Positions 35,416 to 48,700 of a stretch of 64,000 nt of DNA are shown here, piece after piece (within the stretch, counting starts at the first letter, position 1; each line of letters begins with the position of its first letter). This DNA is from Macrostomum hystrix (taxonomy: Eukaryota > Animalia > Platyhelminthes): the NCBI GenBank assembly GCA_950097015.1, contig CATNEN010000003.1:3844001-3908000 (forward strand), read 5' to 3'. Position numbers and translations under genes: made by a program. The notes under the pieces were generated by a model that did not search any database, was not told where the DNA came from, and saw nothing but the letters and a program-made list of their open reading frames with translations.

Positions 35416-36445
35416 CTGGGGTTAGAATGTCCACAGGTCAGATATGACTTGCAAGGCTTGTAAGTCCAAACTGACTGCTCTTGACAAACTAACTTCTCCT
35501 TTCTCTGTTTAATCTCTCTTCTCTTCATTGTGTCTCCCCTATCTCATCTCCTATATCTAATCTCTCCCGTCTCATGCCCCATGTATAATCTCTTCCATCT
35601 CGTCTCCTATATATAATCTCTTCTGTCTCATTTCCCATATCTAATTTCTCCTGTCTCATCTCCCATATCTAATCTCTCCTGTCTCATCTCCCATATCTAA
35701 TCTCTCCTGTCTCATCTCCTATGTATTAAATCTCCTGTCTCATCTCCCATATCTAATCTCTCCTGTCTCATCTCCCATATCAAATCTCTCGTGTCTCATC
35801 TCCCATATCTAATCTCTCCTGTCTCATCTCCCATATCAAATCTCTCGTGTCTCATCTCCCATATCTAATCTCTCCTGTCTCATCTCCCATATCTAATCTC
35901 TCCTGTCTTATCTCCCATATCTAATCTCTCCTGTCTCATCTCCTATGTATAAAATCTCCTGTCTCATCTCCCATATCTAATTTCTCCTGTCTTATCTCCC
36001 ATATCTAATCTCTCCTGTCTTATCTCCCATATCTAATCTCTCCTGTCTCATCTCCCATATCTAATCTCTCCTGTCTCATCTCATATATCTAATCTCTCCT
36101 GTCTCATCTCCCATATCTAATCTCTCCTGTATCATCTCCTATGTATAAAATCTCCTGTCTCATCTCCCATATCTAATCTCTCCTGTCTCATCTCCTATAT
36201 CTAATCTCTCCTGTCTCATCTCCTATGTATAAAATCTCCTGTCTCGTCTCCCATATCTAATCTCTCCTGTCTCATCTCCCATATCTAATCTCTCCTGTCT
36301 CATCTCCCATATCTAAACTCTCCTGTCTCATCTCCCATATCTAATCTCTCCTGTCTCATCTCCCATGTATAAACTCTCCTGTCTCATATCTAATCCCCCA
36401 TGTCTAATCTCTCGCATGTTTAATCCGTTCTGCGTCTCATCTCTG
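35416..36445 (+). mobile_element. Old, diverged copy C of the hAT-like element carrying a 28-bp minisatellite
   Basis: 35431-35467 aligns ungapped to 9370-9406 (23/37 identical, 12 of 14 mismatches transitions). It is followed, at about the same distance as in copy B, by a related CT-rich repeat. Confidence 0.5.
35530..36415. repeat. 28-bp minisatellite (AATCTCTCCTGTCT CATCTCCCATATCT)n, a 14+14 dimer
   Basis: Directly visible. Confidence 0.95.
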
Positions 36446-36595
36446 AGCAGTTAGCCATGGAATATTAGTTTGTTGCCATCGTCATTCCAGAATTAGCATA
36501 TGCTCCTGTCTTTCAAACCCATCATGGTTCTATTGAGTCTTTATTTCCTTCCTTTCCACCCATTCCCATTCCATTGTTTCTGCGTCTGCATGCGT

Positions 36596-36714
36596 TGGCC
36601 GGTTCTTATTGGTTGGGAAAGCAAGTGCTGCAGAGGGATGGTTTTAGACTTAAAATGGCCGGTTCTTATTGGTTGGGAAAGCAAGTGCTGCAGAGGGATG
36701 GTTTTAGACTTAAA
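36596..36714. repeat. Perfect 60-bp-period tandem duplication (2 copies)
   Basis: TGGCCGGTTCTTATTGGTTGGGAAAGCAAGTGCTGCAGAGGGATGGTTTTAGACTTAAA occurs twice in tandem. Confidence 0.95.
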
Positions 36715-37147
36715 AGAGGAGAATGAAAGGTTTTTCACGCATAAATCTATACCTCTCTCCGTGTGCATTTTATTGCCTCGAAAATTTGCCTCGTATTTTG
36801 CATTGTCAAGCCAGGGAATCGGTAGAGCCTATTGTTTGTTTCACATCAGAAAACTTAATAATTTGATGCGTGTCCTTTTTATTCTACTTCTAAGTAGAAA
36901 AGCAGGCGTTTTAACAAAATATTTTAGCTAAAACAAATAATTATTTTATTATGCGTCACTAAAATCTAACTTCAGGACATAGGAAGCGAAAGTTCAGGAA
37001 ATACGAAGCTTTTAAGCTAAGGAAATTTAAGGTAAAGAGATTTTTTAGGATTGGGAATTTACAGAATTTACAGATACAGAATGGGAAGTGAAGGAAATAA
37101 GAAGTTTAGGGAACGGGAGTTTTGGATATAATATTTGGGAAGGAAAT

Positions 37148-39340
37148 GGAAAGTTTAGGGAATGGGAAGTTTAGGGAATGGGAAGTTTAGGGAATGGGAA
37201 GTTTAGGGAATGGGAAGTTTAGGGAATGGGATGTTTTGGGAATGGGAAATTTAGGGAATGGGAAGTTTTGGGAATGGGAAGTCTAGGGAACACGTCTTGG
37301 GAATTGGAAGTTTAGGCAATGGGAAGTTTAGGGAATGGGAAGTTTAGGGAATGGGAAGTTTAGGGAATGGGAAGTTTTGGGAATGGGAAGTTTATGGAAC
37401 GGGAAGTTTATGGAACGGGAAGTCTAGGGAACTGGAAGTTTTGGGAATGGGAAGTCTCGGAAACACGTTTTGGGAATTGGATGTTTAGGGAATGTGAAGT
37501 TTAGGGAACTGGAAGTTTTGGGAATGGGAAGTCTAGGGAACTGGAAGTTTTGGGAATGGGAAGTTTAGGGAACTGGAAGTTTTGGGAATGGGAAGTTTAG
37601 GGAATGTGAAGTTTAGGGAACTGGAAGTTTTGGGAACGGGAAGTCTAGGGAACTGGAAGTTTTGGGAATGGGATGTTTATGGAACGGGAAGTCTAGGGAA
37701 CTGGAAGTTTTGGGAATGGGAAGTCTCGGAAACACGTTTTGGGAATTGGATGTTTAGGGAATGTGAAGTTTAGGGAACTGGAAGTTTTGGGAATGGGAAG
37801 TCTAGGGAATGGGATTTTTAGGGAATGTGAAGTTTAGGGAATGGGATGTTTTGGGAATGGGAAATTTAGGGAATGGGAAGTTTTGGGAATGGGAAGTCTA
37901 GGGAACACGTCTTGGGAATTGGAAGTTTAGGCAATGGGAAGTTTAGGGAATGGGAAGTTTTGGGAATGGGAAGTTTAGGGAATGGGAAGTCTAGGGAACT
38001 GGAAGTTTTGGGAATGGGAAGTTTTGGGAATGGGAAGTTTTGGGAATGGGATGTTTTGGGAATGGGAAGTTTAGGGAATGGGAAGTTTAGGCAATGGGAT
38101 GTTTTGGGAATGGGAAGTTTAGGGAATGGGAAGTTTAGGGAATGGGATGTTTTGGGAATGGGAAGTTTATGGAACGGGAAGTCTAGGGAACTGGAAGTTT
38201 TGGGAATGGGAAGTCTCGGAAACACGTTTTGGGAATTGGATGTTTAGGGAATGTGAAGTTTAGGGAACTGGAAGTTTTGGGAATGGGAAGTCTAGGGAAC
38301 TGGAAGTTTTGGGAATGGGAAGTTTAGGGAACTGGAAGTTTTGGGAATGGGAAGTTTAGGGAATGTGAAGTTTAGGGAACTGGAAGTTTTGGGAACGGGA
38401 AGTCTAGGGAACTGGAAGTTTTGGGAACGGGAAGTCTAGGGAACTGGAAGTTTTGGGAATGGGAAGTTTATGGAACGGGAAGTCTAGGGAACTGGAAGTT
38501 TTGGGAATGGGATGTTTATGGAACGGGAAGTCTAGGGAACTGGAAGTTTTGGGAATGGGAAGTCTCGGAAACACGTTTTGGGAATTGGATGTTTAGGGAA
38601 TGTGAAGTTTAGGGAACTGGAAGTTTTGGGAATGGGAAGTCTAGGGAATGGGATTTTTAGGGAATGTGAAGTTTAGGGAACTGGAAGTTTTGGGAATGGG
38701 AAGTCTAGGGAATGGGATTTTTAGGGAATGTGAAGTTTAGGGAACTGGAAGTTTTGGGAATGGGAAGTCTAGGGAACTGGAAGTTTTGGGAATGGGAAGT
38801 TTAGGGAACTGGAAGTTTTGGGAATGGGAAGTTTAGGGAATGTGAAGTTTAGGGAACTGGAAGTTTTGGGAACGGGAAGTCTAGGGAACTGGAAGTTTTG
38901 GGAACGGGAAGTCTAGGGAACTGGAAGTTTTGGGAATGGGAAGTTTATGGAACGGGAAGTCTAGGGAACTGGAAGTTTTGGGAATGGGATGTTTATGGAA
39001 CGGGAAGTCTAGGGAACTGGAAGTTTTGGGAATGGGAAGTCTCGGAAACACGTTTTGGGAATTGGATGTTTAGGGAATGTGAAGTTTAGGGAACTGGAAG
39101 TTTTGGGAATGGGAAGTCTAGGGAATGGGATTTTTAGGGAATGTGAAGTTTAGGGAACTGGAAGTTTTGGGAATGGGAAGTCTAGGGAATGGGATTTTTA
39201 GGGAATGTGAAGTTTAGGGAACTGGAAGTTTTGGGAATGGGAAGTCTAGGGAATGGGATTTTTAGGGAATGTGAAGTTTAGGGAACTGGAAGTTTTGGGA
39301 ATGGGAAGTCTAGGGAACACGTCTTGGGAATTGGAAGTGT
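37148..39340. repeat. 16-bp G-rich minisatellite (GGGAAGTTTAGGGAAT)n with higher-order blocks
   Basis: Directly visible. The marker variant GTCTCGGAAACACGTTTTGGGAATTGG recurs five times, and identical ORFs at 38421 and 38898 give a 477-bp duplication. Confidence 0.97.
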
Positions 39341-39753
39341 AAGCAATAGGAATGTGATTATTGTGAAAGCAACCATTCTTTAACTTTAATGAAAAAATTT
39401 CAATAGGGTATTAATTAAAAGCTTCACGAGAACCCCAGACACAAACTGTAGTTAGGAAGTCATATGAATTATAAGTGTGGCAGTAAAAAAATTTTTAATC
39501 AACAACAATTAAATCGATAAAATTCATTTTTCAGTCAACCAGGCATTCAATATGTTTCCCTACCCTCGTATGAGTAATAGCTTTTTTGACAGTGTTCAGA
39601 GGGGCATAGAAAGCTGTATAAATGAATAAACATTTGGCCTAGCTAGCTAACAGCCACTGTACAATTCAGTTTATTTTTAAATATCTTTATAAGCAGTATA
39701 GTTCAACAAAATTATATTTCAGAGGCCGACTGTTAACAAGCAAATAATTAAAT

Positions 39754-42700
39754 ATGGGACACTCGCACGGCTACAGCGGGGATGATGACGATGCTGAAAA
39801 TCGAACTGCTTTTCAGCATTCGGTAGATTTGGCTATTGATTTCATTGCTGGCGCGAATGGTAAGTCAGTTTTTTATAGAGCTCCCTCTTTTGTAATGCTC
39901 AATTCTATTTAGTGAGGAATTCTCAATATGATCTGAGATTCGATAGCTTATTTTGTCGATTAAGAATCCTAAATGTTCAATCCCATTGATTACAAATCCC
40001 CAGTCTTCAATCTCGTTGAATAAGAACCCCTAATGTTAAATCCAATGGATTAGAAATCCCCAATTTTAAATCTCATTGATAAAGAATCCCCGAGCTTCAA
40101 TCTCACTGATTAGAAATCCCCGAGCTTCAATCCCATTGATTAGAAATCCCCGAGCTTCAATCCCATTGATTAGAAATCCCCGAGCTTCAATCCCATTGAT
40201 TAGAAATCCCCGAGCTTCAATCCCATTGATTAGAAATCCCCGAGCTTCAATCCCATTGATTAGAAATCCCCGAGCTTCAATCCCATTGATTAGAAATCCC
40301 CGAGCTTCAATCCCATTGATTAGAAATCCCCTAAGCTTCAATTCCATTGATTAGAAATCCCTGAGCTTCAATCCCACTGATTAGAAATCCCCAGGCATCA
40401 ATCCCACTGATTAAAAATCCCCAGGCTTCAATCCCAATGATTAAGAATCCCCAGGCTTCAATCCCACTGATTAAGAATCCCCGAGCTTCAATCCCATTGA
40501 TTAGGAATCCCCAAGCTTCAATCCCAATGATTTAGAATCCCCGAGATTCAATCCCAATTATTAGAAATCCCCAAGCTTCAACCCCAATGATTAAGAATCC
40601 CCGAGCTTCAATCCCATTGATTAGGAATCCCCAAGCTTCAATCCCAATGATTTAGAATCCCCGAGATTCAATCCCAATTATTAGAAATCCCCAAGCTTCA
40701 ACCCCAATGATTAAGAATCCCCGAGCTTCAATCCCATTGATTAGAAATCCCCGAGCTTCAATCCCATTGATTAGAAATCCCCGAGCTTCAATCCCATTGA
40801 TTACAAATCCCCAGTCTTCAATCTCACTGATTAGAAATCCCCAAGCTTCAATCCCATTGATTAGAAATCCCCGAGCTTCAATCCCATTGATTAGAAATCC
40901 CCGAGCTTCAATCCCATTGATTAGAAATCCCCGAGCTTCAATCCCATTGATTACAAATCCCCAGTCTTCAATCTCACTGATTAGAAATCCCCAAACTTCA
41001 ATCCCATTGATTAGAAATCCCCGAGCTTCAATCCCATTTATTACAAATCCCCAGGCTTCAATCCCATTGATTAGAAATCCCCGAGCTTCAATCCCACTGA
41101 TTAGAAATCCCCGAGCTTCAATCCCAATGATTAATAACCCCTAAGCTTCAATCCCATTGATTAGAAATCCCCGAGCTTCAATCCCAATGATTAATAACCC
41201 CTAAGCTTCAATCCCATTGATTAGAAATCCCTAAGCTTCAATCCCATTGATTAGAAATCCCCGAGCTTCAATCCCACTGATTAGAAATCCCCGAGCTTCA
41301 ATCCCAATGATTAATAACCCCTAAGCTTCAATCCCATTGATTAGAAATCCCCGAGCTTCAATCCCAATGATTAATAACCCCTAAGCTTCAATCCCATTGA
41401 TTAGAAATCCCCGAGCTTCAATCCCACTGATTAGAAATCCCCGAGCTTCAATCCCAATGATTAATAACCCCTAAGCTTCAATCCCATTGATTAGAAATCC
41501 CCGAGCTTCAATCCCACTGATTAGAAATCCCCGAGCTTCAATCCCAATGATTAATAACCCCTAAGCTTCAATCCCATTGATTAGAAATCCCCGAGCTTCA
41601 ATCCCAATGATTAATAACCCCTAAGCTTCAATCCCATTGATTAGAAATCCCTAAGCTTCAATCCCATTGATTAGAAATCCCCGAGCTTCAATCCCACTGA
41701 TTAGAAATCCCCGAGCTTCAATCCCAATGATTAATAACCCCTAAGCTTCAATCCCATTGATTAGAAATCCCCGAGCTTCAATCCCAATGATTAATAACCC
41801 CTAAGCTTCAATCCCATTGATTAGAAATCCCCGAGCTTCAATCCCATTGATTAGAAATCCCCGAGCTTCAATCCCAATGATTAATAACCCCTAAGCTTCA
41901 ATCCCATTGATTAGAAATCCCCGAGCTTCAATCCCAATGATTAATAACCCCTAAGCTTCAATCCCATTGATTAGAAATCCCCGAGCTTCAATCCCAATGA
42001 TTAATAACCCCTAAGCTTCAATCCCATTGATTAGAAATCCCCGAGCTTCAATCCCAATGATTAATAACCCCTAAGCTTCAATTCCATTGATTAGAAATCC
42101 CAGAGCTTCAATCCTAATGATTATGCATCCATAAGATTCAATCCCAATTATTAGAAATCCCCAAGCTTCAACCCCAATGATTAAGAATCCCCAATCTTAA
42201 ATCCCATTGATTAAAAATCCCCGAGCTTCAATCCCAATGATTAGAAATCCCCAAGCTTCAATCCCAATTATTAGAAATCCCCAAGCTTCAACCCCAATGA
42301 TTAAGAATCCCCAAGCTTCAATCCCAATGATTAAGAATCCCCAATCTTAAATCCCATTGATTAGAAATCCCCGAGCTTCAATCCCAATGATTAATAACCC
42401 CTAAGCTTCAATTCCATTGATTAGAAATCCCAGAGCTTCAATCCTAATGATTATGCATCCATAAGATTCAATCCTAATTATTAGAAATCCCCAAGCTTCA
42501 ACCCCAATGATTAAGAATCCCCAATCTTAAATCCCATTGATTAGAAATCCCCGAGCTTCAATCCCAATGATTAATAACCCCTAAGCTTCAATTCCATTGA
42601 TTAGAAATCCCAGAGCTTCAATCCTAATGATTATGCATCCATAAGATTCAATCCTAATTATTAGAAATCCCCAAGCTTCAACCCCAATGATTAAGAATCC

Positions 42701-45700
42701 CCAATCTTAAATCCCATTGATTAAAAATCCCCGAGCTTCAATCCCAATGATTAGAAATCCCCAAGCTTCAATCCCAATTATTAGAAATCCCCAAGCTTCA
42801 ACCCCAATGATTAAGAATCCCCAAGCTTCAATCCTATTGATTAAGAACCCACAAGCTTCAATCCCACTGATTAAGAATCCGAAAACTTCAATCCCACTGA
42901 TTAGAAATCCCCAAGCTTCAATCTCACTGATTAGAAATCCCCAGGCTTCAACCCCAATGATTAAGAATCCCCAAGCTTCAATCCCATTGATTAATAATCC
43001 CCAAGCTTCAATCCCAACGATTAAGAATCCCTAAGCTTGAATCCCACTGATTAAAAATCCCCAGGCTTGAATCCCACTGATTAAAAATCCCCAGGCTTCA
43101 ATCCCAATGATTAAGAATCCCCAAGCTTCAATCTCACTGATTAGAAATCCCCAAGCTTCAATCCCAATGATTAAGAATCCCCAAGCTTCAATCCCAATGA
43201 TTAAGAATCCCTAAGCTTCAATCTCACTGATTAGAAATCCCCAGGCTTCAATCCCAATGATTAAGAATCCCCAAGCTTCAATCCCAATGATTAGAAATCC
43301 CCAGGCTTCAATCCCAATGATTAGAAATCCCCAGGCTTCAATCCCAATGATTAGAAATCCCCAAGCTTCAATCTCACTGATTAGAAATCCCCAGGCTTCA
43401 ATCCCAATGATTAGAAATCCCCAAGCTTCAATCTCACTGATTAGAAATCCCCAGGCTTCAATCCCAATGATTAGAAATCCCCAGGCTTCAACCCCAATGA
43501 TTAAGAATCCCCAAGCTTCAATCCCATTGATTAATAATCCCCAAGCTTCAATCTCAACGATTAAAAATCGCTAAGCTTCAATCCCAATGATTAAGAATCC
43601 CTAAGCTTGAATCCCACTGATTAAAAATCCCCAGGCTTGAATCCCACTGATTAAGAATCCGAAAACTTCAATCCCACTGATTAGAAATCCCCAAGCTTCA
43701 ATCTCACTGATTAGAAATCCCCAGGCTTCAACCCCAATGATTAATAACCCCTAAGCTTCAATTCCATTGATTAGAAATCCCAGAGCTTCAATCCTAATGA
43801 TTATGCATCCATAAGATTCAATCCTAATTATTAGAAATCCCCAAGCTTCAACCCCAATGATTAAGAATCCCCAATCTTAAATCCCATTGATTAAAAATCC
43901 CCGAGCTTCAATCCCAATGATTAGAAATCCCCAAGCTTCAATCCCAATTATTAGAAATCCCCAAGCTTCAACCCCAATGATTAAGAATCCCCAAGCTTCA
44001 ATCCCAATGATTAAGAATCCGAAAACTTCAATCCCACTGATTAGAAATCCCCAAGCTTCAATCTCACTGATTAGAAATCCCCAGGCTTCAATCCCATTGA
44101 TTAATAATCCCCAAGCTTCAATCCCAACGATTAAGAATCCCTAAGCTTGAATCCCACTGATTAAAAATCCCCAGGCTTGAATCCCACTGATTAAAAATCC
44201 CCAGGCTTCAATCCCAATGATTAAGAATCCCCAAGCTTCAATCTCACTGATTAGAAATCCCCAAGCTTCAATCCCAATGATTAAGAATCCCCAAGCTTCA
44301 ATCCCAATGATTAAGAATCCCTAAGCTTCAATCTCACTGATTAGAAATCCCCAGGCTTCAATCCCAATGATTAAGAATCCCCAAGCTTCAATCCCAATGA
44401 TTAGAAATCCCCAGGCTTCAATCCCAATGATTAGAAATCCCCAGGCTTCAATCCCAATGATTAGAAATCCCCAAGCTTCAATCTCACTGATTAGAAATCC
44501 CCAGGCTTCAATCCCAATGATTAGAAATCCCCAAGCTTCAATCTCACTGATTAGAAATCCCCAGGCTTCAATCCCAATGATTAGAAATCCCCAGGCTTCA
44601 ACCCCAATGATTAAGAATCCCCAAGCTTCAATCCCATTGATTAATAATCCCCAAGCTTCAATCTCAACGATTAAAAATCGCTAAGCTTCAATCCCAATGA
44701 TTAAGAATCCCTAAGCTTGAATCCCACTGATTAAAAATCCCCAGGCTTCAATCCCAATGATTAAGAATCCCCAAGCTTCAATCTCACTGATTCGAAATCC
44801 CCAAGCTTCAATCCCAATGATTAAGAATCCCCAAGCTTCAATCCCAATGATTAAGAATCCCTAAGCTTCAATCCCATTGATTAATAATCCCCAAGCTTCA
44901 ATCTCAACGATTAAAAATCGCTAAGCTTGAATCCCACTGATTAAAAATCCCCAGGCTTCAATCCCACTGATTAAAAATCCCCAGGCTTCAATCCCAATGA
45001 TTAAGAATCCCCAAGCTTCAATCCCACTGATTAAAAATCCCCAGGCTTCAATCCCAATGATTAAGAATCCCCAAGCTTCAATCCCACTGATTAAAAATCC
45101 CCAGGCTTCAATCCCAATGATTAAGAATCCCCAAGCTTCAATCCCAATGATTAAAAATCCCCAAGCTTCAATCCCAATGATTAAGAATCCCCAGGCTTCA
45201 ATCCCAATGATTAAGAATCCCCAGGCTTCAATCCCAATGATTAAAAATCCCCAAGCTTCAATCCCACTGATTAAAAATCCCCAGGCTTCAATCCCAATGA
45301 TTAAGAATCCCCAAGCTTCAATCCCAATGATTAGAAATCCCCAAGCTTCAATCTCACTGATTAGAAATCCCCAAGCTTCAATCCCAATGATTAAGAATCC
45401 CCAAGCTTCAATCCCAATGATTAGAAATCCCCAGGCTTGAATCTCACTGATTAGAAATCCCCAGGCTTGAATCCCACTGATTAAAAATCCCCAAGCTTCA
45501 ATCCCAATGATTAAGAATCCCCAAGCTTCAATCTCACTGATTAGAAATCCCCAGGCTTGAATCCCACTGATTAAAAATCCCCAAGCTTCAATCCCAATGA
45601 TTAAGAATCCCTAAGCTTCAATCTCACTGATTAGAAATCCCCAAGCTTCAATCTCACTGATTAAGAATCCCCAAGCTTCAATCTCACTGATTAGAAATCC

Positions 45701-48700
45701 CCAAGCTTCAATCTCACTGATTAAGAATCCCCAAGCTTCAATCCCAATGATTAAGAATCCCTAAGCTTCAATCTCACTGATTAGAAATCCCCAGGCTTCA
45801 ACCCCAATGATTAAGAATCCCCAAGCTTGAATCCCACTGATTAAAAATCCCCAGGCTTCAACCCCAATGATTAAGAATCCCCAAGCTTCAATCCCAATGA
45901 TTAAGAATCCCCAAGCTTCAATCCCAATGATTAAGAATCCCCAAGCTTCAATCCCATTGATTAATAATCCCCAAGCTTCAATCTCACTGATTAGAAATCC
46001 CCAAGCTTCAATCCCAATGATTAAGAATCCCTAAGCTTCAATCTCACTGATTAGAAATCCCCAAGCTTCAATCCCAATGATTAGAAATCCCCAAGCTTCA
46101 ATCCCAATGATTAGAAATCCCCAGGCTTCAATCCCAATGATTAAGAATCCCTAAGCTTCAATCTCACTGATTAGAAATCCCCAGGCTTCAATCCCAATGA
46201 TTAAGAATCCCCAAGCTTCAATCCCAATGATTAGAAATCCCTAAGCTTCAATCTCACTGATTAGAAATCCCCAGGCTTCAATCCCAATGATTAGAAATCC
46301 CCAGGCTTCAATCCCAATGATTAAGAATCCCCAAGCTTCAATCCCACTGATTAGAAATCCCCAGGCTTCAATCCCAATGATTAATAATCCCCAAGCTTCA
46401 ATCTCAACGATTAAAAATCGCTAAGCTTCAATCCCAATGATTAAGAATCCCTAAGCTTGAATCCCACTGATTAAAAATCCCCAGGCTTGAATCCCACTGA
46501 TTAAAAATCCCCAAGCTTCAATCTCACTGATTAAAAATCCCCAAGCTTCAATCTCACTGATTAGAAATCCCCAGGCTTCAATCCCAATGATTAGAAATCC
46601 CCAAGCTTCAATCTCACTGATTAGAAATCCCCAAGCTTCAATCCCAATGATTAAGAATCCCCAAGCTTCAATCCCAATGATTAAGAATCCCTAAGCTTCA
46701 ATCTCACTGATTAGAAATCCCCAGGCTTCAATCTCACTGATTAGAAATCCCCAGGCTTCAATCCCAATGATTAGAAATCCCCAAGCTTCAATCTCACTGA
46801 TTAGAAATCCCCAGGCTTCAATCCCAATGATTAGAAATCCCCAAGCTTCAATCTCACTGATTAGAAATCCCCAGGCTTCAATCCCAATTATTAGAAATCC
46901 CCAAGCTTCAACCCCAATGATTAAGAATCCCCAATCTTAAATCCCATTGATTAGAAATCCCCGAGCTTCAATCCCAATGATTAATAACCCCTAAGCTTCA
47001 ATTCCATTGATTAGAAATCCCAGAGCTTCAATCCTAATGATTATGCATCCATAAGATTCAATCCTAATTATTAGAAATCCCCAAGCTTCAACCCCAATGA
47101 TTAAGAATCCCCAATCTTAAATCCCATTGATTAAAAATCCCCGAGCTTCAATCCCAATGATTAGAAATCCCCAAGCTTCAATCTCACTGATTAGAAATCC
47201 CCAGGCTTCAACCCCAATGATTAAGAATCCCCAAGCTTCAATCCCATTGATTAATAATCCCCAAGCTTCAATCCCAACGATTAAGAATCCCTAAGCTTGA
47301 ATCCCACTGATTAAAAATCCCCAGGCTTGAATCCCACTGATTAAAAATCCCCAGGCTTCAATCCCAATGATTAAGAATCCCCAAGCTTCAATCTCACTGA
47401 TTAGAAATCCCCAAGCTTCAATCCCAATGATTAAGAATCCCCAAGCTTCAATCCCAATGATTAAGAATCCCTAAGCTTCAATCTCACTGATTAGAAATCC
47501 CCAGGCTTCAATCCCAATGATTAAGAATCCCCAAGCTTCAATCCCAATGATTAGAAATCCCCAGGCTTCAATCCCAATGATTAGAAATCCCCAGGCTTCA
47601 ATCCCAATGATTAGAAATCCCCAGGCTTCAATCCCAATGATTAGAAATCCCCAGGCTTCAATCCCAATGATTAGAAATCCCCAGGCTTCAATCTCACTGA
47701 TTAGAAATCCCCAGGCTTCAATCCCAATGATTAGAAATCCCCAAGCTTCAATCTCACTGATTAGAAATCCCCAGGCTTCAATCCCAATGATTAGAAATCC
47801 CCAAGCTTCAATCTCACTGATTAGAAATCCCCAGGCTTCAATCCCAATGATTAGAAATCCCCAGGCTTCAACCCCAATGATTAAGAATCCCCAAGCTTCA
47901 ATCCCATTGATTAATAATCCCCAAGCTTCAATCTCAACGATTAAAAATCGCTAAGCTTCAATCCCAATGATTAAGAATCCCTAAGCTTGAATCCCACTGA
48001 TTAAAAATCCCCAGGCTTGAATCCCACTGATTAAAAATCCCCAGGCTTCAATCCCAATGATTAAGAATCCCCAAGCTTCAATCCCACTGATTCGAAATCC
48101 CCAAGCTTCAATCCCAATGATTAAGAATCCCCAAGCTTCAATCCCATTGATTAATAATCCCCAAGCTTCAATCCCAATGATTAAGAATCCCCAAGCTTCA
48201 ATCCCATTGATTAATAATCCCCAAGCTTCAATCCCAATGATTAAGAATCCCCAAGCTTCAATCCCATTGATTAATAATCCCCAAGCTTCAATCCCAATGA
48301 TTAAGAATCCCCAAGCTTCAATCCCATTGATTAATAATCCCCAAGCTTCAATCCCATTGATTAATAATCCCCAAGCTTCAATCCCAATGATTAAGAATCC
48401 CCAAGCTTCAATCCCATTGATTAATAATCCCCAAGCTTCAATCCCAATGATTAAGAATCCCTAAGCTTCAATCTCACTGATTAGAAATCCCCAAGCTTCA
48501 ACCCCAATGATTAAGAATCCCTAAGCTTCAATCTCACTGATTAGAAATCCCCAAGCTTCAATCCCAATGATTAAGAATCCCTAAGCTTCAATCTCACTGA
48601 TTAGAAATCCCCAGGCTTCAACCCCAATGATTAAGAATCCCCAAGCTTGAATCCCACTGATTAAAAATCCCCAGGCTTGAATCCCACTGATTAAAAATCC

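Noticed and set aside
37148-39340. Interstitial telomere (TTTAGGG/TTAGGG)
   Set aside because: The motif is only part of a 16-bp monomer and never occurs in direct tandem.
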